From the NCBI GenBank assembly GCA_000004985.1, contig GG738845.1: DNA of 64,000 nt; one strand, written 5' to 3'. Position 1 is the stretch's first letter. Each line of letters starts with the position of its first letter. The notes beneath the pieces were generated by a model. That model did not search any database. It was not told the DNA's origin and saw only the letters and a list, made by a program, of their open reading frames with translations. The position numbers and the translations under genes are program-made. This document shows, piece after piece, positions 34,488 to 46,800 of the stretch. Source of the stretch: Naegleria gruberi (Eukaryota).

Positions 34488-35975
34488 TTAATTTTGAATG
34501 GCATTAATGTGACTCATGTCTACATCAACCGCCATTGCTGTGCCAATTAAAGTACTCTTCAAATTGAGAGGATTGGCGTTAATAATATCCATACCAACCT
34601 TTCTAGCAAATCCAGCAAGACCCAAACCTTTGAGCAATTCAACATGATTTTCAGCTTCAAAAACTCCCTTAATTGCATCTAAACCATCCAAATACATTTC
34701 ATTTCTAGAGTATTGAACCTTTTCATATTCACTCTTCAAAACAGAATAATCACCAACAGCAGATCCAGATCTAACACTCTTTTGAATTGCCTTAACAAGT
34801 TGAATAACATCAACAAATCCCATGTTAACACCTTGTCCAGCCATAGGATGGCAACAATGAGCAGCATCACCAACCAAAGCAATACCAGGTTGAACATATT
34901 CACGACAGTGAAGTCTTTGGAGTGGGAAGCTACCAGCTGGGAAATAATTTACAGTTTCTGATTTTTCAGTGAGTATACTTGGAACAATCTTTAACTTTCC
35001 AAATATTGTGTTCATTTCTTCCAAAACTTGTGATTGTTTTCCAGATTTATAGGTCGACTCCAAGTTTATAGCCTTTGATGGTTCAGTAGACCAAATAATA
35101 TTTCTAACATTTGATTGTTTGGTTGGAAGCATGGCAATAGGTCCATCACCTTGGAATTGTTGGTAGCAAAACATGTTCTTACCAGTGCAGGGCACACTAT
35201 CTGTATCCACAAAAACATTAGTTACAAATGCTCTTTGCTTATACTTCGAAGAATAGAATGGGAAGTTACAGAATTGTCTCACAAATGAGGCAGCGCCATC
35301 AGCTGCAATCAATAAATCACAAGTAATTTCTTCTGTCTTTTTCTCATTTCCTACAATTGTTTGAAGAAGAAGCTTTTTAACATTTTGATCATTTCCTATG
35401 GATTTCAATTCTGATCCATCATAAAGTGATACGTTATCTTGTTTTTTAAGTACTTCCGATAAATTTAAAACAATATCATTATTATCAACAATAGCTCCGA
35501 TGGTTCCATCCTTACTGATTTCATCATTTAATCCAACTCCTCTATTGATCAAAGTTTCATTAACATTTTTAGCAGTATTAATTAATTGACCTCCAATTGT
35601 TGATAATGAACGAGCCAACATAGATGAACCTAAACTATCAAATGGGCCTTTAAATTCATTCTCATTAGGATCCAAATTTAAAAAGTTTCCATCCTGATCC
35701 CAAACTTTCATTCCGTAATATTTAGCCATTGGTATCGGATTTGAATTATCTTGAATCTTTTCAAGAAGTCTAATTGATGTTCCGGTCAAGGCACTTGTTC
35801 TAATTCCAATAGAACCAGCACCCGATCCAAAGAAATTATTATTTGTTTGTATAGCAGGATTAATCATGGCAATCTTTAAACCGTTGGTATATTTAGCCTT
35901 TGCAAGAGCACTGGCCAAAGCATTACCAATCATACCTCCACCAACAATGCAAACATTAAAATGTTGTCGAGTCAT
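34488..35975 (-). CDS. COQ6: Ubiquinone biosynthesis FAD-dependent monooxygenase COQ6 (UbiH family)
   Basis: N-terminal FAD-binding CIVGGGMIGNALASALA, family motif GDAAHCCHPMAGQGVNMGF, and a basic/hydrophobic mitochondrial-targeting start. The ORF extends to 36053, but the Met at 35975 is the likely start. Confidence 0.8.
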   Translation of the reverse strand: MTRQHFNVCIVGGGMIGNALASALAKAKYTNGLKIAMINPAIQTNNNFFGSGAGSIGIRTSALTGTSIRLLEKIQDNSNPIPMAKYYGMKVWDQDGNFLNLDPNENEFKGPFDSLGSSMLARSLSTIGGQLINTAKNVNETLINRGVGLNDEISKDGTIGAIVDNNDIVLNLSEVLKKQDNVSLYDGSELKSIGNDQNVKKLLLQTIVGNEKKTEEITCDLLIAADGAASFVRQFCNFPFYSSKYKQRAFVTNVFVDTDSVPCTGKNMFCYQQFQGDGPIAMLPTKQSNVRNIIWSTEPSKAINLESTYKSGKQSQVLEEMNTIFGKLKIVPSILTEKSETVNYFPAGSFPLQRLHCREYVQPGIALVGDAAHCCHPMAGQGVNMGFVDVIQLVKAIQKSVRSGSAVGDYSVLKSEYEKVQYSRNEMYLDGLDAIKGVFEAENHVELLKGLGLAGFARKVGMDIINANPLNLKSTLIGTAMAVDVDMSHINAIQN

Positions 35976-36572
35976 TTTTTTTCTTCTTTTTTTGTGGTGA
36001 TCGGAGTTCGATTTTATTAAATTGATTAAATTGATTAAGAAAAGAAAATACACAATTGAAACTATTACAACAGCTTTTGTAAGTGTGAAAAGTCAAAGCT
36101 TGTGCTCTTATTTTTCAGTTTATTGAGCTTTCTTAGGACCTCACTCAGATCAAAAAATCTATTTTGCCGAATTGCATTGATTTTCAAAACAGTGTTCAGG
36201 CCACAAGTTCTAACTGATTACACTTTCTTTATTCTTAATGTTATCTCCTTCCATCATCCTCAATATTTTCTAGATAAAGGCAATATCCCACTACGGCGTA
36301 GTCATATCCTCTTTCATTGTTGTGGAACTCTCTCAGTTGACACCTCCTTAATACTCATTCACACACCTTTTTCTCTATCCGCTCGTTCTGATGATGTTTA
36401 GAAAGCTGTTATCCATTATTCTCTATAGATGAAAAACAGTGGTGGAAGCAATTTGCTTTACCGTAATTGAAAAATCAGTTAAGGACGCTGTTAAGGTTTT
36501 TTTATAACGAAAAAAACAAAGAAAAAAAAACCGTTTAACAAAGAACTTACTTCTCTATGCCAACCTCGTAAA

Positions 36573-36986
36573 ATGTCATCATCCCATTCTTCTGTTTATT
36601 CGCCAACTTCAGCATCGTCATCATCAGCTGCCTATTATTATAATTCAACACCGCCAACAACCCCAACAAAATCCTCATCATTGGGAACACTAAGTCGTTC
36701 TGCAAGTGCTGGTCGTCTTCCTGGATTGAGAAGTTTCAGGACACAAGTACAACCACCCTCAAAATCACATCAAGAATATTGCATGGAAATGGCCAAGTTG
36801 AGGAATGTGAGAAAGAAATCGACCATGCAACTCGTTGAACAAATGAATTGTGTTGTTAAGGTTGTTCAGAATTTATCCAATGAGAGGGATGTATTTAGTG
36901 CTCCACCAACTGGAAGAAGAAAGGAGAGGGAAAGACTCTTCTCTGCTCGTTCTGTCAAGTCTATGAAAACCTACTTTAAGCCTTAA
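36573..36986 (+). CDS. Hypothetical 137-aa Ser/Thr/Pro-rich protein lying in a compositionally atypical island (36100-37210) that is less AT-rich
   Basis: This is an ORF only. Codon usage (tcg, ctc, ccc) differs from neighbouring genes. Confidence 0.25.
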   Translation: MSSSHSSVYSPTSASSSSAAYYYNSTPPTTPTKSSSLGTLSRSASAGRLPGLRSFRTQVQPPSKSHQEYCMEMAKLRNVRKKSTMQLVEQMNCVVKVVQNLSNERDVFSAPPTGRRKERERLFSARSVKSMKTYFKP

Positions 36987-37356
36987 TGTGTTCTACTCTG
37001 AATCTCTTTGGAGGATAACCACAAGAGAGAGAGTTTGAACAATGATCTTTGGATTTTTTGGTATGTGTGAAATTTTACTCAACATGCCAATTATAATCCC
37101 TCCTATAGGAACAATTTTGATGCAAACCAATGTAAAAACCCCTCTGTAAATTTGAAAACAATAAAAAGGTGGTGCTGAAATAAGAAACCAAGATTGTGTT
37201 GCTACGTCGGCCGTGTTAAATCAAAATAATTTACCAATTTGAAAATTATGAAGACGGAAGGATAATTGAGAGAATATTTTCTCTTCCATTAGAATCAGAT
37301 TGGTGGAATCATGTAAAGCAGTCCAAAACTTATCATGTTGTCTGTATAATTTGAAA

Positions 37357-37923
37357 TCAAGATGTGCAAAAATCGAAACAATAAATGGTACCCTCTGATT
37401 CACAAACTAATCTCTTGAAATTTCCATCATATTTAATAAAGACTGCCCGTACATAGTGTTTTGGTAATCCATCAAAACTCTGAAATTTCACATCACAAAA
37501 TGGAATACTTTCCAATACTTGTCCACTTCCTTTCTTTCTAACATTTCTAATAAAATAAAATCCCAACTCTCTCATTATACTCATCAATGAAATGGAGGAA
37601 AATCGTTTAAATCGTTGGGAATAATAATTTGTTCTATAATATTCGCTACAGAAATAAAAAATTGACATGTGTTTTAAAGAACACTTATAAATTGACATGT
37701 CCCAATCTCCACTATTTTCTATTTGATAGTTTGGATGTGTTCTTAATTGATTAAACCTGTATTTGTAAAATAAAATTTGTGTTCGTAGGTCGGTTTTTGG
37801 TTTTGATTTGGATGGGTTGACTTGAAGTTGTGATTTTAGCATTCGGAAGAGAATTTTCTGATCATTTTCTATAAAATTAATACAAGTTACAATAACAGGT
37901 TCCTCCTCTTCATGATTTGACAT
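37357..37923 (-). CDS. Hypothetical protein. A possible additional 3' exon overlaps ORF 37221..37403.
   Basis: A 188-aa ORF with coding-like composition. I recognise no motifs. Confidence 0.3.
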   Translation of the reverse strand: MSNHEEEEPVIVTCINFIENDQKILFRMLKSQLQVNPSKSKPKTDLRTQILFYKYRFNQLRTHPNYQIENSGDWDMSIYKCSLKHMSIFYFCSEYYRTNYYSQRFKRFSSISLMSIMRELGFYFIRNVRKKGSGQVLESIPFCDVKFQSFDGLPKHYVRAVFIKYDGNFKRLVCESEGTIYCFDFCTS

Positions 37924-38361
37924 TTTTTTGAATTGTTTTATGACATGATTAAAAATTGGTGAAAATCTTCTATGCCCTTGCAGACATTATCCCCAAAAGA
38001 TCTGCTTGGATTAGCGACTTTACAATATCCAAGTACTGAAAAAATGAACCTTAAAGAAAGTAGATATTATAAGGCCATTTAATTAAGAGGTTGAATTCCA
38101 CTTTAAAACGAATCATTGTAATTACACTTCCAAATTTAAATTGGACTCTGTATATCAACATCTTAATGCAGAATTTTGAATCTTTCACCATGTGAGGGGC
38201 GTTATCTGCATGGCAGATATTTCTCTTGCAAAGATTTCACATCCACTCTGTGTCCTTCCAACAATGGATGCTTTAGTGGATGGACCACTTTGCATCAACA
38301 TGGTCTCCAACTGCATTAACCAACCATATTATGATACAAGCATTTAAAAAAACAAATCAAA

Positions 38362-39029
38362 ATGATTAAGGCATTCTTAATTGCTGTGTTGTGTTGTATC
38401 ATGATGAGAGAAACATTGGCTCTCTCATGTAGAGCAGGTACTTATGAAGGTGTTGCCTTTGGTTCGCCTGCATGTATGCCATGTACTCCAGGATTCTATT
38501 GTCCTAATGGTAAGTAAGGATATTTTAATTTCCTAGTACATATGATATTATTTCATGTGAAGGTGTTGTTGCTGAAAGATGTCCATTCAATACTGTCAGT
38601 TTTGGAAGTGCTGATACTTGTACACAATGTGCTGATAATGCCAATAGAGGTACTGATCCTGACCACGTAGCCTGTCTTTTAGCTGATGCACCAAAGGATA
38701 TCGTTCAATTCAATAGCAAATTGGTTTTGACTTCAAGTGATCCAGTTAGTGCCTATACTACTTTACGTTATGAAAATTACTTGTACATTTTGATCAGAAT
38801 TAAGCAAGTTAATAATATTGATCCAACTGTTAAGAACATGATTAAGGTCTATGGTGGTAGAACTTTTGCTAATCCAGGTCCAGCTCAATATGAAAGATAT
38901 TCCAATTCTAAGGAACCATACATGTTATTACCATACACTTCATCATTTGACAATGTTTATCTTACCATTATCGGTGCTCCTGATACTACACTCACTATTG
39001 AAATGAGTTTGATGCAAAAGAGAAGCTAA
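38362..39029 (+). CDS. Secreted cysteine-rich protein with a GCC2/GCC3- or TNFR-like Cys repeat. Exons 38362..38509 and 38563..39029.
   Basis: Signal peptide MIKAFLIAVLCCIMMRETLA. CRAGTYEGVAFGSPACMPCTPGFYCPNG | VVAERCPFNTVSFGSADTCTQCADN spans a 53-nt intron with donor gtaagt. Confidence 0.5.
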
Positions 39030-39137
39030 ATCAATTTGTCTAATAATGAAGTTAACTATCTGTTAATTTAAATCAAGATATAATAATGAACATACTTATT
39101 AAGTGGCTGTTTGTTTCTAATATTAAGTTTTTATAAT

Positions 39138-40266
39138 TTACGCTTCTGAGGTTAATAATTTCAAGGCAGCTTCTTCATTCTTCGAAGATACAGGCTCTTT
39201 AGCAATTTGGAAAGCTGAAATAAGAGCCATAGTTTGTAAAGATTCACTGGTTCCTAATGAAAGTCTATATTCGATATCACTCATCTTTTCTAATAAATAA
39301 ATTCTTACTGCTATTGGAATGTTCAATTTCATTACGTATGGATGGATATCTCTCAGAATATCTTGGAGGGCCAATCCTCTTTCTGTCTTGATGTTCATAA
39401 CCTTTTTATAGGCATCAGCAAGTGAGTCATTAAATAAAGAATTAATAATCAATCTAATATCTTCCTTCAATGGGTTACCTGTACACATGTGAACGTTGTC
39501 TTCTGTTATTTGCCCAAATGACATGAATGTTGATTGGAGAATATTGACACACTTTCTCATATCACCATTAGACAATCTGTAAATAGCATCCAATCCAACT
39601 TGGTTATAGATTACATTTTCTTCTTTACAAATTTCCTCAAGTCTAGAAACAACTTCATGTTTCTTGAGAGGGGAAAATCTAAATCTAGTACATCTGGATT
39701 GCAATGCAGGAATAATCTTATTCACATAATTGCAAATTAAACAAAATCTCACATTTTTAGAATACTTCTCAATAGTACGTCTCAATGCAGCTTGGGCATC
39801 TTTAGTCATTTGATCAGCCTCATCCAAAATAATTAATTTAATATCAGGTGTTGTATCTTTTTGAGCTGTAAAGAATTTCAATCCTTTCGTTGATGCAAAG
39901 TCCTTGATTTCATTTCTAATAACATCAATACCTCTATCATCACTCGCATTCAATTCAAGAACATTTTGTGTCAACCTATTTCCGAATAATTTCTTGGCAA
40001 TGGCCAACACTGTACTAGTTTTACCTGTACCTGGTGGACCCTAAAATGATTTATCAATATGTGATGACGATGATGTAATATTTATCGGATCTGTGATGAT
40101 GACAAAAACTTACATAAAGTAAAAGGTGAGGTAATTTACCACCATCTATCAATCGTTGAATTGTTGAAATAATTTCTGTGTGGGAAAGTAAATCCGTCAA
40201 CTCATGTGGACGATACTTTTCAATCCACATTTTAGCATCAGATGATGAAGAATTATTTTCAGGCAT
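39138..40266 (-). CDS. RFC5: Replication factor C small subunit, orthologue of human RFC5 (yeast Rfc3). Exons 40266..40114 and 40040..39138.
   Basis: WIEKYRPHELTDLLSHTEIISTIQRLIDGGKLPHLLLY | GPPGTGKTSTVLAIAKKLFG...LELNASDDRGIDVIRNEIKDFAS...IILDEADQMTKDAQAALRRTIEKYSKNVRFCLICNYVNKIIPALQSRCTRFRF is nearly collinear with human RFC5. A 73-nt intron has GTAAGT..TTTTAG. Confidence 0.85.
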
Positions 40267-40273
40267 TTTTTTA

Positions 40274-40300
40274 GGGCGCGAAATTTGTTTGCGCGCCAAA
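40274..40300 (-). promoter_or_regulatory. Tandem E2F-like sites (TTTCGCGCCC and TTTGGCGCGCAAA) immediately 5' of the RFC5 ATG, in a 300-bp divergent promoter
   Basis: These are the only GCGCGC-containing 10-13-mers in a region that is over 80% AT. They match the TTTSSCGC consensus. Confidence 0.45.
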
Positions 40301-40572
40301 ATAATTCTAGTATTCACAAACAGTTGTTTTCAACAAAAGTTTAGTATATCCAATACTTTTGGTTTCCTGTTGAATATGTTTAAAATTTAATCGAACCCTG
40401 ATAAGAAAAGGTGTTTTAAATTGTCACAACCTTGTGTTTCCGTTACATAATCAAAATCTTCCCGCCATTTCAAACCGTTACTCATTCCAATTGTCAATGT
40501 CCCTTCAAAACTCTAATCATTAATATTTTAACAATTAAAAAAAAACACACCAACAACAACAAACAATAACAA

Positions 40573-41616
40573 ATGGTGAGCAAGAGCAAACAATCCAACA
40601 AGGAAATTGTCGTTGAGGATGAACACTTCATCCCAGTCGAACCATCCGAACCAATCCTCCCTCTCAACGAACTCGGTTCAAGATTGGGCAAGGCAGACAA
40701 TGAAAAGTGGACAGGCTGCAAAGTTGTAGCAGACAAGGAAACTGGTGAGAAGGTTCTACTCGTCAGAGGTATTAAAAACAAGGAGAAGGATCGTAGTAAG
40801 AGAATGGTCAAGAAGGGTGGTGAATTTGATCCTGAAAATATTGTCTCAGGCACCAGAAGAAGAAAGAATATTAATTATAAGGAAAATACCGAAAGAAAGG
40901 AAAGCAGAAAGACTAGCAGCAAGAATACCCATGAAAATAGATCAAAGGCTGTTGCAAAGACTTCAAAGAAAAAGTCAACCTCCAAGAAGAGAAAGGCAAA
41001 GGAAGAAGAACATTCCGAAGAAGAAGAAGAACACGATAAGGAAAATATTGAAAATCAACAAGAAGAAGATGAAGAAATTGTTCAAGCTCCAAAGAGAACT
41101 AGAAAGAATAGAAAGAATGTATCTGTCAAGAAGGAAGAACCTAAGGAAGAAGAGCCAAAGGAACCTGAATGGACACTTCCACTCTCTCCTGTCGTTTGTC
41201 AATTGATTCAAAAACTTGGTGGTGAATTGCCAACTGAAGCTAAGAAGCGTTGTTATAAGGGTATTAGACTCTCAGAACCAGTTAATTATTGGTGTGCTGT
41301 CAAGTGGCCTGAAGATACTCTTTATGTTATGGATCCTGCCAAGACTAATGGTGAAACTGTTGGTCTCTTTAAACATGAATTGTTTGAATTGACTGAAATT
41401 GAACAAATACAATATGTTCAAGACAATCCAAATGCTGTCATGCTTGCTGATGGTGAAGGTCTCCTTACTTGTTTACCAGATGAATCTAATGATCCTGATT
41501 TTAATGTTCATATCATTCTTGAAGCTACTGAAGGTGCTGATGAATGTGTTTTCCGTATGAAACTCTCTGAATACCTTGCTTCGTTGTCTGTTGATCCAAG
41601 AAAGGTGGAAAATTAA
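40573..41616 (+). CDS. Lys/Glu-rich nuclear protein with a conserved-looking C-terminal domain, transcribed divergently from RFC5
   Basis: A 347-aa ORF. Residues 80-200 are K/E/R-rich and NLS-like. The C-terminal 150 aa are of ordinary complexity (WTLPLSPVVCQLIQKLGGELPTEAKKRCYKGIRLSEPVNYWCAVKWPEDTLYVMDP...). Confidence 0.4.
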   Translation: MVSKSKQSNKEIVVEDEHFIPVEPSEPILPLNELGSRLGKADNEKWTGCKVVADKETGEKVLLVRGIKNKEKDRSKRMVKKGGEFDPENIVSGTRRRKNINYKENTERKESRKTSSKNTHENRSKAVAKTSKKKSTSKKRKAKEEEHSEEEEEHDKENIENQQEEDEEIVQAPKRTRKNRKNVSVKKEEPKEEEPKEPEWTLPLSPVVCQLIQKLGGELPTEAKKRCYKGIRLSEPVNYWCAVKWPEDTLYVMDPAKTNGETVGLFKHELFELTEIEQIQYVQDNPNAVMLADGEGLLTCLPDESNDPDFNVHIILEATEGADECVFRMKLSEYLASLSVDPRKVEN

Positions 41617-41825
41617 TTCACCAATACTTGTACATTCTCTAAGCTGTTAATACTAGATTATAATATATTACTGAAATCAATTTCATATGATTGCCCTTTA
41701 AGTTGTGGCCACAATGATTGATTTCATTTCTCTAAGTTATTTAAATAAATTTACTAATAATTATTTCACATTTAATGTTTCAAAATTTGCTTGACAAAAT
41801 ATCTTTCACTGAAAGATGCTCTAGT

Positions 41826-43135
41826 TTATTTCTTCTTAGAAGATTCATAACTAAAAACGAAAACACCAACAAAACTCAAAAAGATTCCACACCATCCAAA
41901 CAATGAAAAGGTAACACCAAAGAATGCAAAGCTTAAAACTAAAGTCACCAACTTGTAACAACTGTTTGCAATTGAAATGGAAGTGTTGGTAACTAATTTG
42001 AGGAGGAAAAAGTATGAAAGTCCAATAAGGAATCCAAATACTGAAGTAATTGCAATATAAATCCAATCAGTTGTACTCAATGAAGCCAAAGCAACACCAA
42101 CTTGAACTCTATCACTAGAGAGAGCAAGAATAACGTAGAAAATTGGGAGTGAAAGTAAATTTCTAGCAAAATTCATACTAATTGGAGAAACACTTGGCAT
42201 CCAATTATTTAAAATTCTCTTTTCTACTAATGGAATTAAAACAGTACATAAAGTATTCAAAACAACCCAATGATAACCATTCCATCTTAATGTATCTATA
42301 GATAAGTATCAACATGACATGGTATTCATTATTAGAAACAATCATAAATTAATCAATGAATCAATAAAGAAAGATATCATTTTCCATATTAAAAAAATAT
42401 TGAAATAATATATCGTAATACATCATAATACTACTACTTACAATCACTGAAACTATAAAAAATACTTCCAACAAAAACAGCCAACAATGACAATTGAATT
42501 GTAAAATTCATCTTGTAATCAAAGAAAACTCTATCAATAATTGCAGTTAAAAGTGGCACTAAATTTCTAGTAACAGTAACCAAAGGAACACTTGCAATTT
42601 TCAATCCTTCAAAAGAAGTCCAAGTTAACAAGACAAAGAATAAACTAGTTGGTAATAAAAAGGTCAACTCTCTCAAAGTTGGAAAATTGAATGGCAAGAC
42701 ATTAAATTGTTTACAAATCAAAAAGGCCAAAACTCCGATAATTGTTTGGATAATAATAATCATCAATGGAGCATCAAAAGATGATGATAAATGTTTGTTA
42801 ACAAGTGTTAATGTAATACTACTCAAACATTGTAAACCAATCCAAATATGTGGTTTTGTAAAAATTGATAAAGTGTTAATAATTGTTAAAGTTTTGGAAT
42901 TTTCTAAAAATTCAAAACAAGTCAAATTATCTTCATGTAATTTATCAATTCCATTTAAAAAGGAATAATTGGATGCGAATTGATCAGATGGATGTTCACT
43001 ATATTCTAATTCTTTTAATACTTGTTTTTTGACATCTGACCATGATGTTTGTGATGAACATGAAATGTTTACCTTGTCTCCGAAAAGTGTTCTAACTTCG
43101 AGGGTTTTAAATTCTTCTTGACTTTCTGTATCCAT
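41826..43135 (-). CDS. Nucleotide-sugar / triose-phosphate translocator (TPT, SLC35-like) family membrane transporter. Exons 43135..42442 and 42295..41826.
   Basis: The two halves carry about 9-10 predicted TM helices with TPT-like spacing. Donor GTAAGT and acceptor CTATAG join in frame (…FSD|YTLRWNGYHWVVLNTLCTV…). Confidence 0.55.
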
Positions 43136-43336
43136 TTTTTTTTAATGTGTGATGACACCTGACAGTCCATGTAGGGACCAACATCCAAAAGATAATAAAT
43201 TTTTTATTGAATTGGGCATTTTGAATTTATTATTTTATGTAATTTTAATGAAATATTTCAATTCTCCTTAAATATTTGCAAATATTTTCAATAAACTATT
43301 TAACTGTTTACAAAAATATTATTAAATATTAAATAT

Positions 43337-43564
43337 TCATCCTCTCAATTTAAATAAAAAGTGAAGAGTTGAATCTTTTTGAATATTGTAATCCAGTAGC
43401 GTTTTATCATTCTCCATTTCTTTACCAGCAAATATTAAACGTTGTTCACTGATGGGAACTCCATCTTTATTGAATATTTGATTCTTTACCGATTCAATTG
43501 TATCATTCGATTCGACATCGAGTGATAGAACTCTATTGTTTAGAGTTTTGACGGTTATTTGCAT
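43337..43564 (-). CDS. Ubiquitin-like protein (75 aa)
   Basis: [75 protein letters not shown] is collinear with ubiquitin (MQIFVKTL…[34 protein letters not shown]). It ends with a single Gly. Confidence 0.6.
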   Translation of the reverse strand: MQITVKTLNNRVLSLDVESNDTIESVKNQIFNKDGVPISEQRLIFAGKEMENDKTLLDYNIQKDSTLHFLFKLRG

Positions 43565-43832
43565 TTTGTTTTTTTTTTATTGTTTATTGATCAGAATTCT
43601 AAAATTAATTGAAAATTAAATAATATATGGAAAATTGATGAGCGATGAACTCGGTTCTAGTTTGGAAAGCTCTCTTTACAATGAGAACTCTTGATTAATA
43701 ATAAAAATCCAACTGGTTGTTTATTAAATAATAATTAATCTTTAGATCTCTGAATTCAAATGCAAAAATTGAAAATTGGAAAAATCTTGATTTGTTGCAA
43801 AATTTTAATTTTTTATTAAAATTTATAAAAAA

Positions 43833-46800
43833 ATGTCACAAACACCCGGTGGAGTGGGCGTGTCGAATAATTCAAATCCTTCTACTACTCTTCTGGGTTC
43901 ATCTTCTCAACAACAACCCACCGATATTAATAGTAGTTTGAATATTTTACAAGAAAAGATTATCTATATTGATGATGATCAGCCTACTTCTTCCGACAGC
44001 TCGGATACTCAACAACGAAAAAAACAAATTCAACAAGCAATAACGAATATATCAGAGTTTTTTATTTATTACTATCAACAAGAATGTAAATTTAATTTAT
44101 TAGATTCATCAAGTGGTTCATCTAGCACTGCTACTGCTACTAATAATACAAATAACTCTACATCCAACAATACAAGTAATAATAATTTGGAGATCTTTTA
44201 TAAAAATGTTACAAATTTCTTAAATATATCTATTCAACAATTATTAAGAGGATGTGGAGATGTGAGTGAATCCATTCGAACATTTTCTAATGAACATTTA
44301 AGAAAAGTGATCAAATCAGTAATTGATACACATTCCGATAGAGTATTAGTAATTTTATTTAGATGTATGAAGCCTAAAGCAAATAACAAGTATAGTATAA
44401 TAAGTGCAATTTCTAATTTTGCAAATATATCACATTATATTAAGCCACAAAAATGTAGAACAATGGTTTCATTTATTTTACCACAATTAATACAATTTAT
44501 ATCTATGGAATTTGACTATTATTCAACTATATTAGAAAATATTATTATGAATGGTTCTCTAGATAAAATTTTTGATATTTTAGGACCATACATTGAAAGT
44601 AATGAAATTTATGATTTTTGTAAAGATTTGTACAAATTATTATCACACTCTGAAGTTGAAATTAGAAGAGCTTGTGCTAAATGTATTTCATCATGTTGTG
44701 CTTTTATTCCTTCCTGTCCTATTCATCAAATTGCTTTGGACATTTTCAATTTATCAAATAATTGTTTTGATAGGAACCAAACAACAACAACAACAATACA
44801 TGATAACATCACAAATAACCTTGATCCGACAACAACAACAACAACACCAAACACCACTGCGAGTGAAGGAGTTAAAAAGATGAAAGCAAGTGAAAGTAAT
44901 TCTAACATAGAATGTACAGATATTAAAACACTGCAAGGAATTTTAAACACCTTTCTAAATTTACTAGTAGTACTAGATGAATTGAAGACAAATAATATAG
45001 AATATCAAACCTATAGTAATATTATTTGTGATTTATTAATTGATTGTCTTACTATTCAAGATCAGAGAATTTTATCACCTTCTATTGAATTATTAACTAA
45101 TTTACTTTCAAAATTTAGTAATTATTGTAAAAATTGGAATAGAGGAAAGGTTAATTCTTTACTTTCTAAAATAATATACTTGTTATCTGTTCAGAGTGTT
45201 CTTGTAACTGTTAAAAGTTATGTTTTAGAAACTCTACAACAATTTTTATACGTCTTTCCAGAATGGACATTAGATTCTTTCCAATCTAATGATTTTAATT
45301 TGAATTATTTGTTTAATATTTTAGATAATATCGAGGAAGATTATTTAATTCGTGGTAAATCTGCAATTTTACTTTCCACTATTATTGAAGTTTGTGTTAA
45401 ATTGTCTCACAAAAATTTATATGAAAAAGTAATTCCAATATTTGACTATGAAAGTATTTTATCAATGCCACGTTTAATCGGAAAAGGATCAAATCCTATA
45501 CTAGGTGGAAGTTCTGCTCACCATTTAATATTTTGTAAATTGAGTCAATATATTATTGATAAGATCATGTCTATCATGATGAAGGAATCATTTAATCATT
45601 TATTAATTAGAATGTTAATTAATTCTTGTTCTAAGAGCTTACCTATTTGCTTAAGCTCATTGGGAGAATTATCTTTCCATATTCCAAAATATATTTTATC
45701 TATTATTCATGTTAATGACAGTTTTTGGGGAGTCAAGTTTGAAATTTTAAATCTTTTAAATAGATTTGATTATACTCTTATTGAATATTACGAGAGAAAG
45801 AATAATGAAACATCAATTTCATTATCAACACAACCACTTTTACAAATTATTGTTGATTTGATTTGGAAATATATTGGTGATGATAACGAAAAAGTTAGAA
45901 AGTTATCATGTATGAATTTAATTCAATTATTACCATATCCAAATGTAATGAATAATATTCATGCTCAATTGAACACAAGTAATACTTTAACAAAAACATC
46001 ATCACAAATGGTTTCTATATTCGAAAGATATTCATCTAATTATGATAATAGATTATTGAAACAAATCATTTCATCAGATATTTTGAAATATAGAAATGTT
46101 ATTAGGGATCATGAATTGACCAATGTGGTTCTTGTTATTACACGTTGTATTTCTCAATTGAGTCTTGTAAAGGATGACAAACATACTTTTATTGGTATTT
46201 TAAAGTTATTATCTTTAGTAGCAAAGAAATATTCCTATACTAATACTCATAATTCTAATGTTAGTAACAGTAATAATAGTGTTTCCATGATTAAACCAGT
46301 TATTGCATACTACAGTATTGAAGTGTTAGAATTACTGTTAGACAAATTAAAATATTCATCTGAAATTAGTACAGATTTAAGCGTACACTCAATGATTATC
46401 AAGACAATGGGATTATATATTACTCAATTAAAACATTTAAATGAAGCCAAGGTCTTGTACATTACTGAGCATTTATTAGAATATGAACAATTTATGATTG
46501 ATTTGATAACAAATGTTTTTGATGAACAGTACATTAAACAATTATCAACCATTCAATCAGAATACCAAAAACATATGCACAAATATGTTTATGACAAGCT
46601 GTATAATAACATTTATCAGTCAGCCAAGTCATCTATTAGTAATGCAATTATTGATTCTACATATAGTAGAGATGCTATTTCTATTATGAGATATCAATTG
46701 TTAAAGACATTATACTATATTTTACTGAATGGATCACCATCATGCATTGAAAAATACACAATTTCAATGATTCAATATTTGAATTTTAATGCTAGATATG

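Noticed and set aside
40054-40317. An upstream Met (40317) as the start of RFC5, giving MNTRIILARKQISRPKK…
   Set aside because: That extension is encoded by the GC-rich E2F-like motif and has no counterpart in RFC5 orthologues. The Met at 40266 (MPENN…WIEKYRP) is more plausible, though the longer form cannot be excluded without transcript data.
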